In this document: positions 12,544-25,456 of the stretch, piece after piece
Position numbering within the stretch: position 1 is the stretch's first letter
Layout: the number at the start of each line of letters is the position of its first letter
From: Saprolegnia diclina VS20
Lineage: Eukaryota
Direction: 5' to 3'
Assembly (NCBI RefSeq): GCF_000281045.1
Contig: NW_008246096.1
Span: forward strand, 588,497-652,496
Length of the DNA: 64,000 bases
Translations under genes and position numbers: made by a program
The notes under the pieces: generated by a model
Seen by the model: the letters and a program-made list of their open reading frames with translations, nothing else
The model's database searches: none
Told to the model about the DNA's origin: nothing

Positions 12544-13004
12544 GTGCCACTCTTTCATACTAGTACGCACAGGAGCAAGCGACCGAGTGTGTACCCGTCT
12601 TTGCACAAGACACTGCAAAGACTGGACACTTGAAGGGTACTTTAAATGCACGCCAGGGTGGACGCAGCTGCTGCAAGGGCCGCGCCGTGCAAAGCAAGCC
12701 CGGCAAGACCGACCGGATACGGTACGGAGTGGGGAGAGAAAAGGTCAGCGCGCGTGCGCGCCATGGTGCTTGCCAACGACGGGTCGCCGAGCTAGAACGG
12801 AGGCTGCAGCTGGGTTACCTGTCGGTAGCGGTAGACGTTGTGGGTGTATTGCCGAATTGCGGCAGCATGCTGCGGTTGTAGCAGCTCATGGCTGCGGCAC
12901 GGCAGTGTCATGCCACGACTAGCGTCAACCCGCGCTCTGATTGGCTAAAATTACGAAGGGGATGATGATCGAACCATAACGCGGTCGCCAGTTTGACACG
13001 TGCG

Positions 13005-13797
13005 ATGACCAAGGAAAACTCACCGCTGCCGGCCGTGCCGGCGCGCCAGCGCAGCCAGCAAAAGTACCGTGCCAAGAAGAAGGAGTCGCAGACGCAGCTC
13101 CAAGACAAGGTCATCCGCCTCCGCGTGCACGTCAAGCAGCTCGAGGACCAACTCGAGAGCCATACGCTAGCGCTGCCGCCGCCCATGCCAACGTTCGCCG
13201 GCCTCGCCAACGTTGCGCGCGAGTTCTTTAGCGTCTTTGAGCACGGCTTTAGCGACCCCGGTCAGCCCGCGTACAAGGACCAGCTGCATTTTCTGTACTG
13301 CACGACGTCGCCCGACTTTAGCTTCATGGGCGAGGTCCGACCGATCATCCACCCAAGAATTCGCTTTGGCTTAAGCAGCGCATGCGTAGGCGGATGGCAT
13401 GTCGATGCTCTTCCGTCAATGGGGCTTCTATACCAAGGTCTTTGCGTCGTTCACACACGTGTGCGACGGCGCCGAGACGATCGCGCTCACCGACGACGAG
13501 ATCATCGTCCAGGCGCGGACAACGCTGCACCTGCGGCTCTCGCGCGCCTCGATCGCAACCATTTACCCGAACCTGATTGCAGTCAACGAGCCGCTCGTGC
13601 AGTCTCTCATTGGCAAGATGCTCCGCGTGCCCATGCACGCGCTCTTCTACATGTACAAGGACACGACCGCTGTCCACACGTTCACCGTCGACGCCGACAT
13701 TGCAACGGCTGCGGTCACGCTTCTCGGCAACGTCTCGGACGCAGCAATCGCGCTCGAGTCGTCGCGCTACGAGTCGAGCGCCAAGCTCAACTTATAA
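13005..13797 (+). CDS. Oomycete-type bZIP transcription factor (array member 5)
   Basis: ARQRSQQKYRAKKK plus zipper LQDKVIRLRVHVKQLEDQL, then EFFSVFEHG. Intron 13335-13389 joins FMGE|ADGMSMLFRQW. Contains LRLSRASIATIYPNL...LIGKMLRVP. CCAAT box (CTGATTGGCTAAAA) at 12937-12950. Confidence 0.85.
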
Positions 13798-14289
13798 GTC
13801 GAAACCCTAAGTCGAAAATCGACGTTCGATGAAGCAAGATGAAGCAGGCTTTCCGCACATCCCAAGTCACGTGATCATGGTGGGTGGTCCAACGTGTGCA
13901 CGCAAAAGGTGGTGGGTAGCTTGCTGTACATGCAAGGCGACTCGTTGAAGAAGCAGGTGCGTCCCGTCATCACGGGGTCGTGTGATTCCTGTGCGATCGC
14001 GTCATGGGCTTGCATATGGCACAGATCGCGCATCAAGTCGTCCGAACACGGGCCTCTCGTCCAGCACAGCGTGAGCCAATTCTTGGGTGGCGGGTGGCTG
14101 CACTTTGTAACAAGATGACAGCTTGTCATCATCTTCCGGAGGTCCCGCAAGCTGCTGCTCGTGTTGCGCTTTGCTATGCGTTCCAAGTTGAACCGGGACC
14201 GCAAGTCGCACGGACCAATCGGAGCCACCGGACGCTTCCGACCGATCGCGCTAAGTTGGGCGTTTGTTACTCGTCACAACGCAGTTTCG

Positions 14290-15104
14290 ATGTTCCTGCA
14301 AGCGATCTTGGGCCGCACCATAGACGAGCGCGAGGCGCGGTACCGCGAGCGCAGCCAGACCAACCAGCGCCGGTACCGCCTGCGCAAGAAGGCGGCGCAC
14401 GCGCGCCTCGAGCACGACGTCCTCGCACTGCGCCACGCCAACGACGCACTCGTGAGCGAACTCCGCATGGCGCAGGGCATCTGCGTTGTCCACGAGCGCG
14501 CAACCCGCGTCGCGCACGACTACTTTAGCCTCTTTGAACACGGGCTCCGCGGCTCGCCCATCGAGATGCAGCGCAGCTATCTGCGCACCGTCATGTCGCC
14601 CAACCTCGTCGTCATGGGCGACGCACGGGTACGTGCTTGTGTCAGCCTTTGCCTCATGGATCACAGGTCGACGGCGCCACCAAGCTCCTCGAGCAGCTCC
14701 ACCTGTACACGACGCTCTTCGAGCATCATCTGCGCCTCGAGCACATCGAGGTCGTTGTCGACACGGACGACGACGTCGTCGTCAAGACGATCGGGTGCAT
14801 CTCGCTACGGCTAACGCGGCGCGCGATCATGATCCTCTACCCAAATTTGGTCGGCGCCAACGAGGGAGCCGTGCAGCAACTCGTCGGCCGCATGCTCCAA
14901 GTGCGCGTGGTGAGCCACTTTTACATCAGCAAGACGACAGGGCTCGTCGAAGCGCTCGTGGGGGACGCTGACACGATGCTCGCGATCGCCAACCTCCTTG
15001 GGGACGTCACACAGTCCGAGCTCGCGCTCCAGAGCTCGGCGCTACGCCCGAACACCGAGATTGTCCTCGATGACACCATCTTGGAGCTCTCGTCGGCAAC
15101 CTAG
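14290..15104 (+). CDS. Oomycete-type bZIP transcription factor (array member 6)
   Basis: RERSQTNQRRYRLRKK plus zipper LEHDVLALRHANDAL, then DYFSLFEHG. A 38-nt intron (14629-14666) joins VMGDAR|VDGATKLLEQL. Contains LRLTRRAIMILYPNL...LVGRMLQVR. Confidence 0.85.
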
Positions 15105-15185
15105 TCGGAATATATATCCATCCAAAACCAATCTAATGACCTTTACGTTACGGGCGCGATCTTTGTCGAGGAAGAGGTCAGTGTT

Positions 15186-16827
15186 ATGACGGCGCTTCCG
15201 GCACCGACCTTGGTGTGCTACCGGGTGGCGCACAGCTGGGCCCTTCGCGTCAAGTGGCCAGCGGACGACGCGCCATTCGACTCGATCGCGATCGACGTCA
15301 CTGGCTGCTTCAGTCGCCCGCCCGTCGACGGCGCATGGAAGGCCGACGACATCGTGCTTGAGACGCACTGGATCGAGGACCTCGAGAGACATCGCAGTGG
15401 GCCTTGGTACGTGGTCGAGCTGCCACTCTCGTTGTCGCCATCTTATCGCCGACCGCTCGTCGGCTACGTCGTCCAGCTGCGCGCCCTATCTCTTACGTCG
15501 GTCATCTACTTTTGTACCAGGTTGGGTCACCCTCATCACGATGCGTGTGTCTCTAGAGGTCCATGCTCGCAGTTTCTCCGGCGCATCGAGATGCGTATGA
15601 GCTGCCATGCCACTAGGATGATCATCGACATTGCTCTAGCGGCCGATACGACCAAGGACGTTGTGCTCGCCGCGCGGCGCACGGGTCTCCGCACCCTCTT
15701 GGAGCTTGTGCAGCACTACGCGCTGGACGCTAACGTGGCGAGTCGCAGTGCCAGCGCCATTGTGTATCTCTTGCGTCAAAGCGGTGACGACAACGACGTC
15801 AGCAGCGACGACGAGGCCGCGTCACGACCGTCAACCGAGCTCCACGACTACGACCTCGTGCTCGACACGTGGCAAGTGCTCCTGCGACGCATGGAGTCGT
15901 TTCCGGAGCATGTTGACCTTCAGCGATGGGGCATTTGTGCAGGGCGGGCTCTGTATGTGCGACTTTTGAGCATCGTCCCCGACGCTACCGCGAGTAGGAC
16001 ACCCCATGCTCGACGGTACTATCTGATGGAGATGTAGGTCTTCAAGGAACGTTTGTGGGTTTTGTCACGGCGCTCATCAAGGCGGTCGACCGCTACGATG
16101 GCCACCACGGACTTGTCACGAGCTCCTGCGATGTCCTCGCCGAGCTCTTTGAGCACCAGCGCAGTAGGCACCGAGGCTGCACCAAGACTGCAAGACGTCT
16201 GTAGATGTGCTTGTCAGTGTCGTCGGCGACCGCAGTGGTATCGAAGCCATCGTCGGTACCATGCGCTTGAACCGCGAGAACCTCGAGGTCTGCCGCGCCG
16301 GCGCCCAAGTCCTCATCCTGTGCTGCTTTGTCGACGGTACGCTACGAGATGATGAGCGCTATCGCATGGAATTCGCATGAGCTAGTGACTCTGCAACATG
16401 CAGCCAAGCAAGAGGGCCTCTTACCGCTGTGCCAAACGACGCTCGCCAACGCAGTGCTAGGTACGCGGTCAACGCTATGCCAAGAGAGGTTATCGCGCGA
16501 CTAGAGGAGAACACGCCGGTCTTCGACCTTGTCACGTGCCTCGAGCTCATGATGCAGAACTGTGGCCTTCTCTCAAGCGCCAATGCGACGCTGTCGCGCA
16601 TGACGTACCCGGACGGCGCAGTCGCGACGATCGTGTGCACGGACGCCGTCGCCAACCGTGTGGGCGGGAAGCGGCGCGAGGTGGCCGCCATGACCATTAC
16701 GCGCTTCTTCCGTCACATCGTCTCGCTCCAGCGCATGGGCTCTGGGCCCATGAGCCTCCTTGCGGTCCTCCACGCTGTCGTTGCCCGCGACGAGGTCAAT
16801 GAGTTTGTCCCAAACGATCGGAAATAG
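15186..16827 (+). CDS. Hypothetical multi-exon protein with armadillo-like helical repeats
   Basis: Coding-biased exons separated by short GT-AG introns. Segments such as [18 protein letters not shown] and [26 protein letters not shown] resemble ARM repeats. Exon structure only partly resolved. Confidence 0.6.
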
Positions 16828-16893
16828 TGTTGCATTATGTGTGGGACAAACATGCTGGGACAAACGTATCTCCCGTATTGTGCGATTTGGAGC

Positions 16894-18699
16894 ATGCAGA
16901 GCAGTGTCAACCAGAAGCTCGCCACGGACTTTGTCGACGCCGCGTACATTCGCCAGGGCAGCGACGCGCTCAAGAGCCACGAGAAGAAGCTCACTGCGCT
17001 CCTCGCCCAGCGCAAGCTTCCGGAGGACGGCTGGGACGACCTCAGCATCCAGTGCTTGCTCAACGACTTGGCCCAAATGGACAGCAACAACTTTGCTCAC
17101 AATGCAGGCGCGGGCGAGCGCGAGGCCCGCGTCGCAAGCAGCCTCGTGCGCAACCGCTGCTTCCATCTCGCCCACGGCGTCGGGCGGTCGGGTGACATTT
17201 GCGCGATCCAGCCCAAGGCCGCCGGATCCTCTCTCCTCGTGCAACTCACCAACTGCCTCGTCTTGGACATGCTCCACCTCGCTGGTAGGCGCGGTCATCC
17301 CTTCCCATGTAGTAGCGAACGACTTTTGTGTGTCCAAAGGCGTCAAGAATGCCAAGAGCGCGATCGTCCTCCCGGTGGCCACGGGCATGGCGCTGCTCTT
17401 TGCGATGCTGACGCTCCAGGCGCAGGCGCGCGTGCCGGGCCGTCCGCACACCAAGCGCTACGTGCTCTGGCCGCGCATCGATCAAAAGTCGTGCTTCAAG
17501 TCCATGGTCACCGCCGGTACGCATGCGACCTCACCCGATCAACATTTGATGGCGCACATAGGGCTCGAGCCTGTTGCGATCGAGAACGTCTTGGACGGCG
17601 ACGAGCTGCGCACGGACCTCGCGGCGCTCGAAGCCAAGGTGCGCGAACTTGGGCCCGAGAACATTCTGTGCGTGCTCTCGACCACGAGCTGCTTTGCGCC
17701 GCGCGGGTACGACCGCGTCGACGAGATCGCGCAGCTCTGCCGCCAATATGATATTGGTACAATATTTCGTCGCTGCCTGCTGTGCTTCTTCAAGCCTACT
17801 AGGGCACGTCATCAACAATGCATACGGACTCCAGTCGTCCAAGTGCACGCACCTCGTCAACCAAGTACGCTCCAAGTAGCTCACGGACGACGACGAGGTT
17901 AGGGTTGCGCGTGTAGGCTTTTCGTGTCGGGCGCGTCGACGCGTGTATTCAGAGCACAGACAAGAACTTCCTCGTGCCCGTCGGCGGCGCTGTCATCTGC
18001 GGCTCCGACAAGGCATTTGTGCAAGCGATCGGCAAGCTGTACCCAGGTAGATCGCGCAGCTTCAGTGTTTTATGGGCGAGCGTCGAGCAGGACGCGCGAG
18101 CAATGCGCCAGCGCTGGACCTTTTCATTACGATGCTGCACCTCGGTCGACGCGGCTACAAAGCGCTTCTCGACGAACGCAAGCGGCTCGTGCCCTACTTT
18201 CACGCAGCGCTCACGTCGGTCGCTACCGCTTACGGCGAGCGCGTTCTCGAGACGCGGCACAACGATGTACACTCTGTCTATAATCCTGTATACAAACTCA
18301 TATACATGTAGATTTCGTTTTGCATGACCTTGAGCCACGTCACCGGCAAGGACGCGACGTTCCTCGGCTCGATGCTCTTTTCGCGCGGCGTCTCGGGCAC
18401 TCGGTACGCCCATATCTGCGAACGTAGTAACATGGTCTCTGACGCTAGTGTCGTCACGGGCACGGCGAACGCGACGATCGTGGGGCATGAGTTCGTCGGC
18501 TTTGGCGCGCACTCAGCGACGTACCCGACAGCGTACCTCTCGGCGGCCTGTGCGATCGGCATGACCCAAGACGTAGACCCTACCCACTGTGTCGAATTGA
18601 TACATTGATACATAGGAGATCGACGTGTTCATCACGCGGCTCGCCAAGACGCTGGGCGATTTCAAAGCCAAGACTCCACCCAAGACCATTGTCGTCTAG
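16894..18699 (+). CDS. SEPSECS: O-phosphoseryl-tRNA(Sec) selenium transferase (SLA/LP), multi-exon
   Basis: [29 protein letters not shown]...[46 protein letters not shown] and the PLP-lysine motif [13 protein letters not shown]. Last exon 18616-18699 ends in TAG. Confidence 0.97.
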
Positions 18700-18733
18700 C
18701 TGCTTTCTATTACACCAATCCTGTGCACCTCTA

Positions 18734-21700
18734 TTACTTCTTCTTGTTGGCCTTGGCCGTCGTCTTGGTCGCCTTCTTCTCGTCGCGGCGGATCTCGACA
18801 GCCCACTCTTCGGCGAGCGCGTCGGCCATCGCGTCGGCCGCCGCAGCCGCGTCCAGCTCTTGCCGGCCCTTGGCACCGGCGACCGCGCGCTCCGTGAACG
18901 TCTCAATGTACTTGTGGCACTCGACGACGCGCGGGTCCTCTTCGCCAAACACCTCCGTGTAGAGGCTCAGCACCTTTTGCTCGTACGCGAGCGCCTCGCG
19001 GAAGCCGCCGACAAGAACGCACGCCATCGCCATCGCATGGAGCGTCCCGGCGGCCTGGAGACGGTCGAGCTCGCCGCGGCGAAGCGCTTCGCGGTGGCAC
19101 GTGAGCGCCAGCGCCACGTGGCCCACGTCCTGGCACATCATGCCGAGCTTGTAGTAGAGGACGCTCGTCTCCGGGTAGTGCGGGCCGGCCGCGACCTCGA
19201 GGATCTGGATCGCCCGCGTCATGTGCGCAACCGCCTGCGCCGTCTCGGCGTTCGCGTGCATGTACAGCGCGAGGTTGGCGTGCGCGAACGCCGTGTCGTA
19301 GTAGTCGAGGCCCTTGAGCTGCGAGTAGAGGCCAAGCGCGCGGCGCTGGGACGCAATCGCGCCCGGGACATCGCCCGCGTGGTAGAGCGCCGTGGCCGTC
19401 GACGCGCACACAAGCGCCGCGTCTTCGTGGCTACCACCGCACACCTGGTAGAGGAGCGACGAGGCGTCCTGGAGCATCTCGTACGCCGGCGCAAGCACGC
19501 CCTGCGAGAGGAGGTACCGGCCACGCTCGATGAGCGTCGCGGCCTGCACAAACGCATGCGCGGGCGCCGACGTCTTGACGACCGGCACGACGCCCGTCAC
19601 ATCGTCGGCCGCAAACGGGTACTCGGCGTCAAAGTTGTACTGGCGACTCGCAACCTGCCAGCCGAGGCGCTGGCACACGCGGCGAAGGAGCGGCGTCTTG
19701 TGCGCGCGCACGGGCTCCGGCGTCGCCTCCTTCTTGCCCTTCTTGGCCTTCTTGGGCGCCGAGGCCGGCCAGAAGCGGAGCGTGTAGCCAAAGCGCGTCT
19801 GGACGTCCGACGAAATGCGAGCCCAGAGCGAGCTCGCATCGAGGTCCGGGATCGCGTCCGGCGCGAGGCTCAAGGCCGCAACGTTGGCCGTGAGGTCGTC
19901 AAGGGTCGTCGTCGTCGTCGGGCGCGGTGCGCCGAGGAGCGCGTTGAGCACCTGGAGGAGGACGCTGCCGGGAGTCGTGCGCAGAGACGGGTGCGACAAG
20001 AAGAGCTGCGACACAATGTGCTTGAGCGAGCGCGCAATCATCTCGACTTCGAGGATCTCGGCCACGTACTTGGACACGTGCGGCTCAAAGCTCGCGCAGA
20101 GCGACGCGATCTTGCCGAGGTACCGGAGGTTGATGCCGCACGCGTGGAGCATGTCGGTCAAGGCCGTGCCGTCGACCGGGTACATGGCGCCGCGACGCAG
20201 ATCCGCCACGAACGCCGGAATCACCATCGTCTGAAGGTACGCCGCCGCGTCCTTGGCGACCGTCTCGTCCTCCGCCGCAAGCGTCGCATCCGTCGACGAC
20301 GCATACGGCATGAGCACGTTCGTGTTGAAGCGCAGCGTGGCGGCCTCCGCTTCCTCGTCTTCGGTCTTGGCCTCGTCCGCCTTGGCCTCGTCCGTCTTGG
20401 CTTCGTCCGACGTGGTCTCAGTTTCAGTCGTCTTGGCCGCCTGCTTGGCTTGGTTGGCCTTCCAGCGCGCGTAGAGCTGCACGAGTTCGGGGCGGAGGAG
20501 CGCCGTGTACTTGCCAGCGTCCGCGTCCGCAAGGAGCGACGCGCGCGACGCCTCGTTCACCGTGTCGCTCTCGGGGTTGTAGAACGTGTAGTCTTTGGGC
20601 GTGATGCGGACAAGGTCCAGAATGTAGTGGCGGTTGTCCGACCCGAGGATGCCCTTGGCCTCGACGGGGCCGCAGAGCGCGACGGGCGCGGACCCGGCCT
20701 CGCCGGACGGCGCCTCGTCGCTGCCGCCCGACGGCGCGACCGTGCGCTCGGCAATCAAGAGCGTCTCCGCCGCCGTTTGCATCATCGCATGCATCTCAGG
20801 GTTCGACGCGATCGTCTTGCCGCCGTCGACCGAGCCGTAGACGAGCTTGGAGGCCGCTTCGCCCTGGAGGATGCCAGGAATGATGCTCTGGCCAATGATG
20901 CGCACGCCGAGGTAGTCGACAACGACGGTCGCCAACGTGTGGAGACCCGTGACGTCCGCGGCGTTGTAGGCCTTGACGCCCTGCAGGTCGTGGTTGGCCG
21001 ACGAGTACGCGTTTTCGTGGTTGTTGTCGGCGTCGGTCGCCACGTGCTTCTGGCCCTCGACCGCGCGCGAGAAGAAGATGTGGTTGTACACGTAGACAAA
21101 GGCCGACTCGTCGTCCATCGGGTTGATCGACGGGATCGTGCCGTCGACGATCGCGATCGCACCGGCGGTCGCGGCTTCGGCAAACTCAGCCATGATCTTG
21201 AAGAGCACGCGGGACCGCACAATTTGCTCGCGGAGCGTCGCGTTCGGGAGCTCACGCGCGCACTGGTACTCCTCGTTCCAGTCGCGGATGACGCCACGCT
21301 CGTCAATGCCGACGCTCAGGTCGTCCTGCGCGCGGTTGGCATCGAACGTGTGGGCCGATGCGTTGAGCGGCGTCGTCCAGACGAGCGACTGCGCGCCGGC
21401 CGAGGCCTGCACCATGGCTTCGACCGACGACGCACCGGCCGTCGCCCACGCCGCCGCCGTCGAGAGGAGCTTGGCGTACTGCGCGGCAAAGAGAGGCGAC
21501 GCCGCCGAGAGCACGTCAAGGAGCAAGTGGTGGTGGCTCGCCGCGGGCCGCGGGTCGAACGACGTCTTGGAGCTCTTGTTGATGTAGAAACCCGCAACGT
21601 GCGCCGTGATCTGGTGCACCGATTTGTCCGTGAGCGTTACTTCAAGGTACGTGAGGTCGCCGGCAAGCTTGCGCGGGCCCGGCGGCGGGTTGAAGCCCGA

Positions 21701-22469
21701 GACAACGATGCTCTCGATGCACTTGGGCAACGTCGCGTCCAACGGCGTCTCCTCCGGCGTCGCGTTGTTGCTGGCCTTGGCCTCGGCCTTCTTCTTGCCC
21801 TTGGACTTTTTCGGCTGGTCCTTCTTCTCCGCGTCGGCGGCCTTCTTGGCGCCTTGCAGCGCAACGGGCTGGTACAAGGTCGCAAGCGACGGCTCGACGG
21901 GGACGACGAGGCCTTCAAGCTTGCTGTGAATGTCCTTGAGGAGCTTGAGCTGCTTGTCTGTTTCTTGCTTGGGCGTGAGCTTCTTCTCTTCGATCGTCTT
22001 CTTGGGCGCGAGCGCGGTCGCCGACTGCGGAATCGGCGGGTTGGCCATGATGTCGCGGAAGCGGCGGACCTGCGCGCGGACCTTGCGGACGTCGTACCGG
22101 TCGTGGATCATGCGCACGTTGAACGACGTCGTCGTCTCGTCCCACGCCGCGAGGTAGTCGCCAAACTCGATAAAGTCGTTGAGCGGAATCCTACCGCCAT
22201 GATTAGCCATCCTGCAAGTTGCTGCATTGCGCATACCATTGGTCTTCGGGGATCTGCAGCTCCAAGTGGTAGCACGTGTGGTGGGCCAAGACCGGGAACT
22301 CGGCGATCATTTGGCGCAGCGTCATGACCGTGTCGAGCGGGCTCACATGCTCGAGCATGATGGCGTCCTTGGCGCCCGGGCCTTCCACGTGCACGGAGAC
22401 CGTGTTGGGCTCGTCGACTTGCGGGGCAGGGGCAGCGGCAGCAGCGGCTTCGGTCATGGCTTCTCCCAT
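18734..22469 (-). CDS. CLU1: Clustered mitochondria protein (Clu1/clueless/TIF31 family) with C-terminal TPRs
   Basis: SGFNPPPGPRKLAGDLTYLEV, ITAHVAGFYIN, RDWNEEYQCARELP, LATVVVDYLGVRIIGQSIIPGIL, EAKGILGSDNRHYILDLVR, LHACGINLRYLG and a TPR tail. One short intron near 22191-22236. Start codon is 22469 or 22457. Confidence 0.95.
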
Positions 22470-23754
22470 CAGGTTACCGAAGCGAGGCGACGTTTGCAAA
22501 ATAACCCATCAGCCCACACCACCGCTCCACCGTGTACTGGGATACCTACCCGACAGTCCCTGCCCACGAGCTTCAAGTTGCCTTTTTTAATGTTTCGATA
22601 TATTTAGCAAGATATATGCACTATTTTTTAAAAAGGGAAGGGGATCGACGATGACGCAATACACCTTAGGAGATACGGAAAACGGATATGCGCCTGGCGA
22701 CCCGCGCGCCATTTTTATGTTGTGTCCATGGACCTTGTATTTTGTATGTAATTTTGAAGCGCAAAGCGTGCTCGCTTTTCGGTTTTCCTACCCGACCTTG
22801 ATCCACATCAACCGGAGGATTGTTCCATGAGCTTCAGAAGATACGACAGAAGCGAGGCAGCCGACACTTCGAGAAGGACGCTGGCGACGACAAAGCAAAG
22901 CGGCGACCCGACCCATGACGCCATACCACACCGTCGCGGCCGAGCCCATGTACGCGACTCTCGGTAAGCCTTGCTGGTTGACGCGACAGGTAGTAGCCGC
23001 CGGTCGATCAGTAGCTTGCGCTAGGACGCACCATGGCGCACCTGGCGTCGTCGACAAGTATGGCAACCCCAATCTTCGGGCGACTTCTTGCTTGTGCGAT
23101 CGCTACAATGCGTCGACGACCCATGAGCGCAGTTGGCCGCGTGCGATTGTCGATTCGGCAATGAGACGGTGCTGTTGCGCTCTTGCACAGGCTTGGCGTT
23201 GTTAGCATTTCGAGTCCCATCATCTTGGTCACAGAGGCTCCATTATGCTGGCGGAGTCGGCGCTGGCACGCAGCAATGCTGGTCCGAGCGTGGTAGATCT
23301 GCCAATACGTCTGCACGACGCAACATTCGCACTTTGCGCAGAGGTCATGCATATGCACAGGGCTATGACTGTGTCCACACAAGCTAGTGCGCAGCATGTA
23401 CTGACAACGACGCTTGCGGCATCCCTTGGTAAGTACATTATGAAATCAAATGGCCGGCTGAACAGAGATGCTTTCAGTAACTAGAGCTGGAGCCAGGGGT
23501 ACGTACAATGTAATAGCTCTATTATGTTCCCAAGGCTAGAGCATCCTAATTGCCTCGGGTTCTTCCCTTGCTTGCACCTTCATGTAGCACTTGGCCGGCT
23601 CGGGAGTATCGACGGCTGGTGGTACGAGCGCATGCGCTCTGCTCTCTGCGAATCCAGCCGCAAATCTCGCCGTCGTGGCATGAGCTGACACGCCGTATCC
23701 GGCATATTATCCGGATACCCCACGTCCAATCAAACGAGGGCTTGACCAGAAGCA

Positions 23755-24640
23755 ATGGCGCCGAGCAAGAAGAAGTCCAAGCTGCGCAAGGTGCCGATTG
23801 GGCCGCCGCCCGTCAAGAGGTGCGTGGACGGATGGATTGCGTCATCATTTAATGCTGGTGTAGCCGCCGGCGCGCCCGCGAGATCACGACCGAGTTCCAC
23901 CGCGTGACGCATGAGCTCAACCGGCTGCAGGACGCGGCCAAGGACGAGGTGGCCAAGGCGCGCCATGCAGAGCTCGAGCAGCGGCTCAAGGACCTCGGTG
24001 GGCGCCAAGTGTACCAGGACGCGAGCATTCTCTCGACGAGCTTTCATCGCACGAGCAAGTGGGTCTTCTCGCTCCTCACCAAGTTTGGCCTCCGCCCTGG
24101 CAAGAAGCAGCCGCCGCTCGACGTGCTCGAGGTCGGCGCCATCAACACGCAGCTCCTCGTGTGCCCGTGGCTCAACGTGCAGGCGATCGACCTCATTGCG
24201 CGCCACGCCAAGATCCAGCAGCTCGACTTTTTCGACGTCCCGTTCACAAAGACATTCGACGTCGTGGTCTCGAGCATGGTCATCAACTGCGTCCCGACGC
24301 CCGAGAAGCGAGGTCTCTCCCACCCGCACGGTCGACGAGGCGTCTCATGCTTGACGTAGGCGAAATGCTCCAGCGCACGTGGCGCCACCTCAAGGACGAC
24401 GGTCACTTCTTCCTCATGTTGCCGCTGCTCTGCTTGACCAACTCGAATCACATGACGGTCGACCACTTCGAAGCCATCTTGACGCGTGTGGGATTCGAGA
24501 TTCGCGAGAAGAAGGAGACGCCCAAGATTGCGTTCTTCTGCCTCCGCAAGGTGCCCGCGACGGCCGTGCCGCCGGGTACCTTCCAGCACAAGACGCTGCG
24601 GCCAGGACCCAAGCGCAACGATTTTGGCGTCGCGATATAA
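23755..24640 (+). CDS. BMT2: 25S rRNA adenine-N1 methyltransferase (Bmt2/SAMTOR family)
   Basis: ITTEFH, LGGRQVYQDAS, TSKW, LDVLEVGAIN (SAM motif I), IDL...IQQLDFF, FDVVVSSMVINCVPTPEKRGEML and FLMLPLLCLTNS. Two introns. Confidence 0.9.
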
Positions 24641-25456
24641 CAACTGCAATCTCAGAACAAAAGGCTGCGCGGTTTGATACGAACGCGCCATTGTAGTCGG
24701 GTCGCGTGGTTCTCGTGCACATCTGGTCGGAGACCAGATTACACGGGCGACTTGCACTTTGCACTGCTGCCATTGACGCGGCCACCTCGATCAGGTGCAT
24801 AGACTCGAGCACCACGTGCTTTCTGTCAAAAAGGCCATCGGGTGAGTAATTGAGTTCGGTTAAGTGCGAGGCTGGATCTCGCCGTTGAAGATGGGACCCA
24901 CCCAACGTCCATGACGACGACGCGACTGTTCCGACAACAGTCGCGAGGCCAATCACGTCCATGCTGTGGCTTGGCATTTGACGGCCAGCGAGTCCAACGA
25001 TATTTACGGTACTTGGGAATGCCAGCCAGACGCTGCAAGAATACGAGTGTATCTATCGAGGCAGTTTCCGTGATCAAGGACGATGAGGTGCCTGTGCTAC
25101 GGACCTACACTTGCGCAAGGGCAGGCGCCACCCAAAGCCTGGCCCAGGGCCTCCATCCAGGGTCCATAAAAAAGCTTTTGGTCGACCCTGGCCGGCGAGC
25201 GAGGCGACAAGCAGCACAAAAGACATCCAATTACGATAGCAGCGTCGCATAGAGTAGCAAGAGCGTCGTGTAAGAGACCGTGCTGGCGGCCGTCGTCGAT
25301 ACCGATGAGTGGCTTCTACAAGGTTGCAACGACGTTTTGGTAGGCCCCCCCACGACGCACCACATGAACTCGATTAAGTGCGTGTCAAAGGTACAGAGCA
25401 GCCGGCAACGAGGTGCACAACAACAGCAGCACGATTCCCACGTCCAAGCGACGACG

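Noticed and set aside
12720..12840. ARARHGACQRRVAELERRLQL, a possible seventh degenerate bZIP
   Set aside because: It lacks the QxxYR signature, the C-terminal domain and the shared intron. Too weak to call.
18605..22327. 1240-aa plus-strand ORF
   Set aside because: It is the antisense shadow of CLU1. GC3-biased codons suppress stops on the opposite strand, and the translation is Arg/Val-rich with no recognisable domain.
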